Shown here one piece after another: positions 26,740 through 37,938 of a stretch of 64,000 nucleotides of DNA. Numbering within the stretch: position 1 is the first letter of the stretch; each line of letters opens with the position of its first letter. Made by a program: the position numbers and the translations under genes. Below the pieces are notes generated by a model, which saw nothing but the letters and a program-made list of their open reading frames with translations, had not been told where the DNA came from and made no database searches. This stretch comes from Tubiluchus corallicola (taxonomy: Eukaryota > Animalia > Priapulida): contig JAQGDQ010000246.1 of NCBI GenBank assembly GCA_030141605.1, forward strand, positions 248,001 through 312,000. Reading direction: 5' to 3'.

Positions 26740-27515
26740 TTTTACCTGATGGCAGTCACGGTTGTTCATGTGTTCATCTTTCTGAACAGGCCTAGGACTC
26801 GATAAGTCGATCTGACTAGTGTAATTGCATGAGTGCTGTTTGTTTGCCTATCCGAGGGTAGTATCTACAAAACGACAAGCAAATATTGCTGTAACCTAAT
26901 TAACTAAAATTCCTTTAAACCACTCATGAGGTATTTGACTTTTAAGTCCTTTTTACCACGGAAGAAAATTGTGGACGTACCAATTCAAATGGTTAGGGTC
27001 GCAGACTTAGTTTTTGTTTCGTTTTATTTTTGGTCCTGGATTAACAACTAAATCTCGTGTCTGAAAACCGATAATTACACACCTTTTAGATATTTTAAGT
27101 CCCCTCTGTCTGGCATAAATACAGAGGCGAAAAGTTAAAGGTCAGAGGTCAAGTTCACAATAAATTTAGTGGCTCTTTTTTCCTATTACATATATTACTT
27201 TTAACTTTGCACGTGTTATCAGTATTGTGATGAAGCCCAAGTGACTTACTGTCGTCGTAAAAATACATAGAAGCTGTCTTTAATATTGCGTGTTACATCC
27301 GGTACCAGAACTGAATCGTTGGCACTATCCAAAGCTAAGTGACTAATTTCAAATAGTCATTTGAAACAGATTCACTGATGAGCATTTTATCGTTTTATCG
27401 TAGACGAAGCAGCAAACGTTAATATATCTCTTGCTGCTAACATTTAATTGTAAACAAATATTTAGCATCTAATAATAATTACTGATGCGTAGATGCTTCG
27501 CACAATTTTTTTTTG
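26740..27515. mobile_element. Possible non-autonomous Helentron-associated (HINE/DINE-like) element
   Basis: tgtttgtttgcc micro-repeat, aaaggtcagaggtcaag motif and a small terminal hairpin before a T-run. This is resemblance only. Confidence 0.3.
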
Positions 27516-29760
27516 TACAGTCTTCTGGCTTCTGAATACAGTTAACTTTATTGAATCATTACCAAATTTAACCGAAAATTAACAAACCATAATATAAGAT
27601 GGATGTCCTTAGGCCAATGCATTTGCGTTTTTTCATTGGTCTGTAGTCATTCTTGTCTATCCTGCGACGCTCTTCTGAACTAGGACATTATTAATTGGTG
27701 CCTGTCATTTGCTAATCGGTTTAAATATTGCAGCTAAGGCTAATTTCATGATTATAATATATATATATTTACATAGAACCTAGTCCTAGTGTTTTTGTGG
27801 CGTAACATTCTTGGTTGCCCGGCCACCATTTCTGGCGTTAATTATTAAACTATACAACCCGATCTAGCATTAATTATTAAATGTTGATTTGTGCAACTTC
27901 CATTAATAGTAATTTTTATATACGACTGTATGCGATTTCCTGTTTAGCGTCGTAATTATTGAATGAGGAGAGCCACTTTTACACAAAACTTATTGTATCG
28001 TAAGCTTTTCAGCTTGCTAATATCAATACAAACCCACAAAATGGAGATTACTTGAATATCCCAGAACTCAGTTCACATATTTTGTAGATAGCTTTGAGAA
28101 ATAATTTTCATAATTGAACTTTTGACAATTATTGTGACTAATATAATTAAGTAACTATTCTATCAAGATTACTATAAAGTAGTCATGCTATTACTGTAAT
28201 GACTACTGTAAAAGTAATGTAATAATAACAAAACTATTGTTATTATTCTCATTCACTTATGTATAAGACTTCACAAATTTCTTCCTAGAATGAAAACACT
28301 TCCAAAAAAGTAATTACAGTTGAAGGTAAGTCTTTTCCAATTTATTAAACTTTTTTCAGAAAGTTAAACAATAGCTTATTTACACTACAAAAAATTTGTG
28401 CATAAAATATTGTTATATATAAAATAGATTACAGATGAATATAAATAGGCTATATTAAATACTAGAAGTGGTAATTACAACACATTTTCTTCAAAACTTA
28501 AATTAAAATTGCTTAAAATGTTAACTTATTAAATTTTTATTTGATAAAATTGAAATGGCTAAAAATAATAACTGTAACGGTATTTTAAAGGTTTGGTTAA
28601 TACCTCTATAATAATTACAACAACTTCTCTAAAATTATCACATATTCAATTTCCCTTTTCAACCTTTATTTCAAGTCACCTTTTCTTGACAAAATATTAA
28701 TTACATTTTTTTAATATTTTATTTTATTTTAAAGGTTTTCATTTTAAAGGATGTTAATTTCAAGTCAATATTAGAATCACATTTAAGTTCTTTACAATGC
28801 ATCCAAACTGGTTACAACAATTTTCTGCACATTAGTTAAAGTTATGAAGACTGAATTACAATTTACGCAACCAATTTTGCCACAGCTGGCCAGTTACTTC
28901 ATTGGAGATGTAAGAAAATTTTAAAGCAAATTCAACCAATTTTATCTAGTATTTGATGTTTTCCCATCCCATTGCCAAGGAAGCAATGCAAAACTGCAGG
29001 GTGCAAATACTTCTGAAAACTGACAAAGTCATCTACATGCCCACTGGATACCTCAATAGTCTACATGTACAAATAACCTACATGTAGTGGCACTCTACAA
29101 AAAATAACCACAAAGACTAAAATCAAAGACTAAAGGCTAACATCTTTTCAGTCGACCTTCTCTAGAAAGTTGAGCAAACATCTAATCTACTTATTGAGAA
29201 CTTTAGATTTACATATATAATGCAGAAATAATAACAATATACTGATAACATAAAAGATAAACTAGTAACATACAAGTAGTTAGTGTCACACATTGAAAAA
29301 TTAAATTGTATAACCTGTAAACATTAATTAATACATTATAACTGGGCAACCATCATCATCGTTTAGCGAGTTAAAGGTTACACATTTTATCAAACAGTAA
29401 CAGTTAGCATTATGCCAATACACAATACATTAAAAAAATTGCAAATTACTAAATCACACAATTATAAATTTACAATATCAAAGGAAAACTGCCCTACACA
29501 AATAATTCTAATAATAATATTTATAGGTATTATAGGCATAAATACTTATTTGTCATCATTTTTTAAATATAACTAAATGCAAGCAATAAATGTACTTTAT
29601 TATAACTAGTAAATCAGTGGAAATGCTACGTACCATAATGTATCAAAAGGCTTACATATGTAGAGGATAACTATCTGGTTTATTCTATTGTTGCTTTTTT
29701 TATAATTTAACACTTGAGCATGTTGAGCCATTTAATTGTGTAAGTTATCTAGTGGAGTCA

Positions 29761-32331
29761 CTATGTAGTATCAATTCGTATTGTCCTCAATTTGTTTCTG
29801 TCTGCCAAGATGCATGCAGCTTCATTTGACCCACCACAATACTGCGATGAAGAAAAAACAGTCAATAATTGTCCTTTTTGCTGCACCTGGAAGCCTGCTT
29901 GCTGCACCTCATGTGCTCGTATCACATGTGACAGGCCGTTTCGTGACAAAAAATTTTCCAGTGCTTGACAGCTGAAAATATTAGCTGTTCCTCGTCGTTG
30001 ATTGTGTGCAAACCCATCGTGCTGCATTAGCTCATCTTTTATCTCAGACACATTTGTATCAGCGTTAACTGGATCACTCCATAATATCTCCCAAGCTAGG
30101 CTGCTTTCTTCCTCGGGATCCCGCAGTGGACAAGGGATTTCATCGATTGCAGGAATCTTTCCAAATCCATTACCAACAACTGGTCGTGGGATTCCTCCGT
30201 GCACACAAAATATCTTTGAATCAACAACAGCAGCTATTGGCATGCAGTCAAAAACTTCATTGACAGTTTCCCACACTTCAAGTCCTAGTTCGTCTCCAAA
30301 CTTACTTGTGCATTCTGTTTTAAAAGAAAACATTGTCTGTACTGCACGGAGTTCATGATTGCCGCGAAGTAGATAAAACTTTTCAGGTGCTAACATCTTC
30401 TGTGCAAACAAATATGCAATCACCTCAATACCCTGTTCACCTCGGTCAACATAATCACCCAAGAAAAGAAAAGTCGAGGGCGTCAAAATTGGACCCATGC
30501 GCCACAAAACTTTCTCAAAACACACTAAGTCCCGGAAGTTACCATGAATGTCACCTAATATGTAAACAGGTGCCTGCAGCCTTAGTAATCTACTCTCCAA
30601 TTTGATAACTTCTTTCATTGCTCGACAAAGTGTAAGCAAGCATTTAGCAAGAGCTCGTTTATCTACCAAGCCCCAATCAAAAGCTGGTTTGGCCAGCTCA
30701 CCTTGTTTGTCCCGAATAGGACGTTCAAAATAACGTAATCCAGTAAGCATTTCATTTGGATGCGAACGCTGATTAAAAGAATCAACGGAAGGCATCCGTT
30801 CAAATCGCAGTTTGGTGTCCATCTCAAAGCTACCACTAACTGCGCAAGTGCCTGCAAGGTCCCACAATGTAGATACATCAGATAATGTTCCACTGCGTTT
30901 AACCTTTACAGCATGTGTAGCCAGTTCATATCGTACATCAGCAAGTGCTGTTTTCTTAGTGGGTGCGGGACCAGCGGGGATCATGAAAACATCATCAATA
31001 GTATTTGTTTTATGTCTGAACTGTTCATCAGCCTGCTGAGCAAAGTCTTTTAAGTATGTAGCACTATAACCATCATTACATTCGCCATTAGCAGTGATTA
31101 AAGATCTCTTAGTTACTGGTGCTCTTTCTTTTCGGGGAATCTTTGCCACTGAACAACCAGAATAATTTTCTGGTCCAGTGTCACTTATGGATAACTTGTT
31201 GCTTCTTTTGAGATTAAGGTAAGTAACAATGCATTGTGGTAGCCGAAAAAGAAGAGATGTTCCACGAAACTTGAGCTGGCCAACAGCCGTTAAAAATTCA
31301 GTAAGCGATAATGGAGATGCAGTTTTTGCACTAAATGCTTTATAGCTTTGACGTGCTTCCAGTTCAACATCACTCTCTGTAGTTGGAAGATTCTTCAGTT
31401 CACGAATATCATGTATTAGCCACTTAAATTCTGAGAACTGCAAGAAACCATCTCTATCTGTGTCATAGTAACGAAAGATATAGCGACAACGTAGTTCAGC
31501 AGGAGAGCCACCATGTTGAGTTGTTGGCTCCATTGCAGCTAAACCAAGCAGTACTTGCTTATATGTCAGAAACTGACAACCGTCTGTGTCAAATGCTCTG
31601 AAGTAATTCAGTACTCTATCTTCAGCAATTCCATGTTTGATAAACAAATTGCAGAAGACAGTACTATTCATAACAGTGGTTGGAAAGCACCTTTCCATAA
31701 ACTCCACGTACAGCTGTTCTTGCTCATTTTTTCCGAGTTTAGCGGCTTTAATTAAAAGTGTTTCACTTGGCAAATTTACTCCATCTCTATTGTCCTCGAT
31801 AGGAGTATATTCAAATTCTTGATCAAAGAAGGGTGCAACGACAATTGAACTGTCAATCTTAACAGCATCAGCGGACGTTGTAAAGGCTAAGTCAAGTGGT
31901 TCTGGTCCCATTAATACAAGGTCGCCAGCATCGTGCTTTTCTGCCATTTCAGCAGCAGAAACCCAGCACATGTAGGGCGTATTCGCCGTCTCACACGATT
32001 CAAGTGTTGCATACACGTAATAAAACATTCGCTTGGTCTCACTGCATGGATCATGAATAATTTGAAGACGCAGTATACCTTTTATCTGTACATTAGTAGA
32101 CTTAAATTTCTGTGTAGCCGCCAATCGCTCACAAGCAGCATGAAACGATTCACATTCCTGAGCTGTATCGTAAGGCAGCCACCAACCAACCTTAGCACCA
32201 AAATTTACTAGACAATATTTTTTGTCAACAGTGCGCTGTACAAACAAACAAAGTACAGTAAAATTTCTCTCCGTAGGCTTATCGCTAATATTTTTCACAT
32301 GTCCGCTTGCATCTCTTTTAATCGCCGCCAT
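29761..32331 (-). CDS. Intronless 856-aa PPP-family Ser/Thr phosphatase with an N-terminal degenerate Nudix-like domain and an EF-hand module
   Basis: Single 2571-nt ORF. PPP motifs [40 protein letters not shown] loops [12 protein letters not shown] (canonical) and [12 protein letters not shown] (degenerate). Confidence 0.95.
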   Translation of the reverse strand: MAAIKRDASGHVKNISDKPTERNFTVLCLFVQRTVDKKYCLVNFGAKVGWWLPYDTAQECESFHAACERLAATQKFKSTNVQIKGILRLQIIHDPCSETKRMFYYVYATLESCETANTPYMCWVSAAEMAEKHDAGDLVLMGPEPLDLAFTTSADAVKIDSSIVVAPFFDQEFEYTPIEDNRDGVNLPSETLLIKAAKLGKNEQEQLYVEFMERCFPTTVMNSTVFCNLFIKHGIAEDRVLNYFRAFDTDGCQFLTYKQVLLGLAAMEPTTQHGGSPAELRCRYIFRYYDTDRDGFLQFSEFKWLIHDIRELKNLPTTESDVELEARQSYKAFSAKTASPLSLTEFLTAVGQLKFRGTSLLFRLPQCIVTYLNLKRSNKLSISDTGPENYSGCSVAKIPRKERAPVTKRSLITANGECNDGYSATYLKDFAQQADEQFRHKTNTIDDVFMIPAGPAPTKKTALADVRYELATHAVKVKRSGTLSDVSTLWDLAGTCAVSGSFEMDTKLRFERMPSVDSFNQRSHPNEMLTGLRYFERPIRDKQGELAKPAFDWGLVDKRALAKCLLTLCRAMKEVIKLESRLLRLQAPVYILGDIHGNFRDLVCFEKVLWRMGPILTPSTFLFLGDYVDRGEQGIEVIAYLFAQKMLAPEKFYLLRGNHELRAVQTMFSFKTECTSKFGDELGLEVWETVNEVFDCMPIAAVVDSKIFCVHGGIPRPVVGNGFGKIPAIDEIPCPLRDPEEESSLAWEILWSDPVNADTNVSEIKDELMQHDGFAHNQRRGTANIFSCQALENFLSRNGLSHVIRAHEVQQAGFQVQQKGQLLTVFSSSQYCGGSNEAACILADRNKLRTIRIDTT

Positions 32332-32413
32332 TATTATTCAGCTCCAATTTGGCAGCCGCCTAGCGGTGACGAATCCACTTAATGAAATTTCAAAAGACGC
32401 GTTTCGGAAGTCA

Positions 32414-32493
32414 GGAACCGGTTTCACAAATTTCAAGGGTTTCGCTAAGTTACCACGTCATTAACTTAGCGACGGCTTTGTGAAACTGGGCCC
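32414..32493. mobile_element. 80-bp palindromic MITE-like element upstream of the phosphatase gene
   Basis: CCGGTTTCACAAA / TTTGTGAAACTGG (1 mismatch) and inner TCGCTAAGTTA / TAACTTAGCGA (perfect) inverted arms. Confidence 0.7.
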
Positions 32494-32807
32494 AGAGCTA
32501 CTGTATAATTTATTACGTATGTTTATAGGGCTCTGGGAAGTCTAAGTCAGTAACACGTCTTGTATGTTTCTTTTGCAGAGGAAGAAACGCAGGCGTGGGC
32601 TTTTGAAGAACGTAATCTAAAACATGTCAGTAAGTTAAAAACAAACGTTATTTCAAAAAGTGTAAATATCTAGGCAATTTTTATAAATTAATGGACATTG
32701 GATGCTCAAATCGATTTCACGATTTTTGAAAATAATAGGCTTTCCCTTTAAAACCAGATGACGCACAATGTTTACTTCAGTTGAATCCTTATTTTTATTA
32801 TGCTGAA

Positions 32808-33260
32808 CATACATACATATATACATACATAATTTTTATTTAAAGTCGGCGGGTGTACAAGGAAGAAAATTAGACAAAATGGGCTATTCATACCGACTAA
32901 AATATGCTATGCAAAAATTTTTACTAAAAATAAACACAATATTACTCAAATTGGAAGTAAAATCAAAAAATTTAATGAAAATTGAGCATTCTGGAAAATA
33001 CAACATAAAATCATACAAGCACGGATAAAACAAGACAGTCAGACAGGAACGATAGATAATAATAGAAGTTAAACAACGAAAAGAATAGAATGATGCCTTT
33101 CAGATAATTATGTGTCTACGAGAATGGTTTGACAAAAGTATTCGATGATGATTTTGTAACACGATGAAGAAAAACTTTTTAAGAATTGTACGTGTTTGTT
33201 GTGCCTATATGTCCAAAGCTTGACACTTCGCGCTTGCTGAGTCTAAGCATTTCTATCCAC
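32808..33260 (-). mobile_element. Short 3' remnant of a LINE
   Basis: On the minus strand AATAAA is followed by a (TATG)n tail; a GTCGG...CCGAC stem lies just upstream; T-rich UTR; decayed 'VKLW' C-terminal peptide. Confidence 0.45.
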
Positions 33261-33399
33261 TGCTGCTGCCCATAAAGCACCATTGATCCGTCAAAATTTA
33301 ATCCAGGGCAGTATTTGCCAAACCCTTTTCATTATGATTATCTGAACACATCAGTAACTGACTTCCACTCCGCTTTTTTAGTTCAGCACCTCTATTATA

Positions 33400-34915
33400 T
33401 CCTTTTTTTAACTGGTCGTGAATTGCACTCACTTCAAACTCAAGTTAATCTTGAATTAAAAAAGGTTGATACCTGGATGCAGACTAACAAGTTGTCAGTT
33501 AACTACACGAAAACCAAATATATGCTGATTGCAAAAAAAACAAACAGATACGCATAAGAATTTTACAGTAGAAATAAATGATAGGACAATCACACAAACT
33601 CACTACATAAAGTACTTAGGACTTCATATTGATAATAAACTCTCGTGGAAGACGCACATACAAACCATTAATCAGAAAATTAGCAAAACATCTGGTATCT
33701 TTTTCAAACTCAATTTTTTGAGTACCTACATTCTGAAAATTCTCTATTATTCCCTTATCTATCCATATCTCTATTATTGTATATTATCCTGGGGAACTGC
33801 CAGTGTCTCTTCACTCAAACCTTTGATAGTCGCACAAAATAAAATTATCAAATGCATCACACGAGTAAAAAAGTTTGACCATGTCACACCATCTTATGTG
33901 CAGTTAAATTTACTCAAACTTAAAGATATTTACCAATTAGAACTTTTCAAATTCATGCATAAATACAGTTTTGGTACCTTGCCCGAACTATTTAAAAACT
34001 ATTTCACCAGAATTGTAGAAATACATCACTATTCAACACGTGCTGCTGCTAGAGGAGATTTTTATCAGGACAGATACTTCACTTCTTTTGGGCTAAGCAC
34101 CTTAAAATATAACGGCACAGTGCTGTGGAATAAACTTCCAAGAGAATTCACTAGCAATTCCTTCTTTAGATCAGCTACTCGAAAATTTCGTTTACACTTA
34201 CTTTCGCATTACTGTTCTTCATAAACTTACAGATATTTTTTCTATTTTGATAATTTGCAGCATACACAAATATGTGAAAATAGTGCTTTATGATAGGATA
34301 AATCTGTCACAAGTTTATTATCTAGGAAAATATCATATTCGTGTATTTATTAGGATACGACTGCATGAATTGCAATCACTAATTAGTCAGCAGTATCAAT
34401 TTTCGGTATATTACTCAAACTTAGCTGATCTTATTTATTTTGCTTTTGTTTTGTTTATTAATCAGACACATTTGTTATTATTTTAATGCATGCATTTTGC
34501 AGTTAGTTAATGCATTTATTTTGCTTTTGTTTTGTTTATTAATCAGACACATTTGTTATTATTTTAATGCATGCATTTTGCAGTTAGGTTCAGTTCACTA
34601 TTTTGAAAGTTTATTTAAATTTCTGTCTGGCCAGCTTACTTTTCACTTCATTTAATTTGTTTTTTATTATGTTCATTTAATATTATTGTTATTATTTTGC
34701 ATGTTTTTCTCATTCTGAGTTATATATCATATTTTGATAGCTTCAGTGTCATCTCACTAATTACATACATCCATTGAAGGGTGGCTTGACTAGTTGACCT
34801 TCTTGGTCTTTCGCCATCCTATTTCCATTGTAATAATTAAACACATTTACTTGCTCAATTATATAATGAATATGGAAATAAAATGCACGTTTGAATTGAA
34901 TTGAATTGAATTGAA
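33400..34915 (+). mobile_element. 5'-truncated non-LTR retrotransposon (L2/CR1-group), best-preserved copy
   Basis: WMQTNKLSVNYTKTKYM, frameshift in an A-run near 33535, then IKYLGLHIDNKLSWKTHI..LYYSLIYPYLYYCILSWG..GTVLWNKLP; AATAAA and a (TTGAA)5 tail. Confidence 0.92.
34433..34587. repeat. Tandem duplication (period 81 bp) inside the LINE 3' UTR
   Basis: atttattttgcttttgttttgtttattaatcagacacatttg...ttttgcagttag occurs at 34433 and 34514. Confidence 0.92.
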
Positions 34916-34955
34916 TATTATAATGCTATGGGACGAGGAGATTCCTGAGGCAATC

Positions 34956-34985
34956 TAGTATAGTAGTAGTAGTAGTAGTAGTAGT

Positions 34986-35016
<31 letters not shown>

Positions 35017-35070
35017 ATAGTAGTAGTAGTAGTAACAGCAGCAGCAGTAGTAGCAGCAGCAGAAGTAGTA
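34956..35070. repeat. Compound (TAG)n/(CAG)n microsatellite
   Basis: Seen directly. Confidence 0.95.
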
Positions 35071-35071
35071 G

Positions 35072-36775
35072 GTATTCGAGGACCACTATTAGATTCGCTA
35101 AAAAGCTATTTAGATAATCATCATCAAAGAGTTGTCATCGAATGCTGTGCCTCTGAATGGAAGCACAGGGAGGTAGAAATCCCCCTAGGATCAATTCTTG
35201 GTCGATTGTTGTTTCTGATATTCATTATTGACATATCTGCAAACTTGAAAAATACTGTTCACCTGTTTGCACATGATTCTAACTTACTTTGTCCTTCCAA
35301 AAATATTAACGTTGCAGTTGATAGTTTGAATCTTGACCTTACAAAAATTCAAATTTGGTGTTCCAGGTGGGGAATGATAATCAATGTTCATTAAAATATA
35401 GCAATTTTGTACTCGCTCAAAATAGTCCCATCAAATCTTAGAGGTATATATTTTAGCAATACTGAAATTGAAGTAGTCGATAAATTAAACCATCTGGGCA
35501 TTATTTTATTCTTGACTCGAAACTTCCTTGGAAGCATCATGTAAATTATATAGAAAATAAAGCTAATAAGATAATTGATATTTTTCACTAACTAAAATAT
35601 AAACTATGTATCTTTAACTTGATCACTTTGTATAAGGCATTTGTTAGACCTGTTATAGAATATGGTGTTATAATTTGGTCAAATTGTTCAACAACAAATT
35701 TCATTTGAATTGAAAGAGTGCAATATCGAACTATGGTGTTAATGTCTGAGGTAGGTGATGAAGGGGTAGAGCCAACAAAATCTTAACTCAATGTGCTTGT
35801 TTTAGTTTGCCACCATTCAAAATGAGGAGTGAACTTCAAACCGTTCGAATAATCCATTAAATATATTATAATCAGGCTCCTCAATACTTGATTGAAATAT
35901 TAAATGAAATTCGTCCTAACAACCACTATGCTCTACGTAACCCATTTCTTTTAAGGCTTACACGACAGCTGTATAATAGTTTTTTCCCAAAAAGGCATTC
36001 GCCTATGGAATACTTTACCAATTGAAAACAGACTGACTTAGGATTCTCCATTTTCATTTAGAAGTAAATTGTTGAACCTATGGGAACTTCGTACTAAATC
36101 AGTTTGCCCCCATTAAATCAAATAGATTCATTGCCAAATTATCGCAATTAGAAAGCAATCTGTTTTCCAAGAATATGATCGATCACCTTTCGTGTAGCTG
36201 CAACAATTCGACTGAGAGTCTCGCCATTATTTTTTAGTGTTCAAGCTATGACATTCACAGAACATAATTTATTGGATCAGCTCTGTTATTATCGACACCT
36301 AACTCAAGAACTAGACGCCAACCCTAGACCCGCTATTATTTACAGCGACATTTTTCATAAACTCAGATCAGGTCATCCATCCATTGTCATTCTCTTTAAA
36401 TTGTTGCAGAACTACATAAAGTCTACTATAAACGATTTTTTATTGATTGTACGTGTAATTGTATATTGAATTGTAACCTGAATTATTTTGAATTTTGGAG
36501 TTTTGAATTAAACACTAGTTATTGAGCAATCATACTTTTATATAACTAATAGGATGATGACAATGATAATTGTTTCTGGTATCACTTCTGTACTCTGTGA
36601 GTTTGTGTATTTCAATTTTAAGTGTTAACTAATGAATTACTCGTGTTTTTGAACTAGCTATCTGTGTAATTATATCGTTGATAACCAGTTGTATATACCT
36701 GTTCTGAACTAAAATGTATTTGATGCACAGTGGAAAAACTCCGATCAGTAATATGGCACTTAAAATAAATAAAGT
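35072..36775 (+). mobile_element. Heavily decayed non-LTR retrotransposon RT fragment (separate family)
   Basis: GIRGPLLDSLKSYLDNHHQRV, GSILGRLLFLIFIIDI, LFAHDS (decayed FADD motif), KHLGII, LYKAFVRPVIEYG; many stop codons; AATAAATAAA near 36765. Confidence 0.85.
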
Positions 36776-37914
36776 TCATATATAAGATTAGAGTCTCCAG
36801 ACTTACCAACAGGGAGGCAACTAATAACAAATATCAAGACCAAAGAGCTTAAAGCCAATAAACGGCTCAAACAGCGTAGAAGCAAGTTAGTGCGACCAAG
36901 ATGAACGAGTTTTAATGCACAGATAATCATAAAGCGCCATAAGATACGTTTTGAAAAAGTTGTTTCTTGTACTACCTTTGTACTCAGCTAAGCTTTTATC
37001 ATATAATGTTTGATTCTCTTTAACTTCTAGTATTATTATTTCCGTTTCACTAACAATTGTGCAATGTGCACTTCATAAACATGTGTGGAGAGATTTCTTT
37101 GTTTCTGCTAAAGCAGCGCGTTTGCTGAAAATGTATTAACAAAGCCCACTTTTGACTGGTTGTTCACTGGAAGACCGCACGTTTTTTGCGAAAAAAAAAA
37201 CGCTTAGAGAGCAATTAGACGGGAAACCGCTCGGTCGATCATTTGGCCGGGCGCGGTTTCCCGTCTTATGTACAAACAAGCCATATGATGCAGAGAAATC
37301 ATCAAACGTGACAATACGAAAAGTGAAGCATATTGGCTCAACTAATATGCTACTGTAAAAAACGCTAACAGTTAGCACAAGTCTTACAAGTTTCCTCTAC
37401 TACTAGATGTGTAAGTATGGCGTGTGACAATTTTAAAAATTTCAATTCTAGCGGTTTTACATCTACTTTCATTTCTAATACTAGACTTCTAGACTGCCAA
37501 AATGATGACGGATGCACCGTAGTACGCAAAAACAGACAGAAATGTTCAGCACCAATAAGTGAGCGCATCAGACATCTTTCAAAGAAAGCCATTGGTTTGA
37601 CAGAGTCGTTTCTGAAGACCTTTAGAGTAAGGAAATCCATATAAGAAGCAAACAGCATAATTATATCGGGGATTAGTCATATGCGTGCACATAGACTAAA
37701 TTACCAAAGAAAAAAACAGGATTGATCATCGATCATTGATCTGCATTAGGAGACCTATACTGCAGGGTTTTTTTTGTAGATAGATTTGAGGGAGTGTGCA
37801 TCCCCATCACAGGCTGAAGCAGTTCAAAGTTTCAGAGTAGTTTGGCGTCGAAAGGTGTGATGTAAGATCGTTTAGAATTTTCAAGCACCTTACCAATCAA
37901 AAACTGAACAGGAT

Positions 37915-37938
37915 ATGATGATGATGATGATGATGATG
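37915..37938. repeat. (GAT)n microsatellite
   Basis: Seen directly. Confidence 0.9.

Noticed and set aside
25856-27410. Hammerhead-like CTGATG cores (25857 inside an 8-bp hairpin; CTGATGAG at 27375)
   Set aside because: Neither has the full CUGAUGA plus stem II plus GAAA arrangement with closing stems.
29781-32464. Several + strand ORFs overlapping the phosphatase gene
   Set aside because: Antisense shadows of a real coding region.
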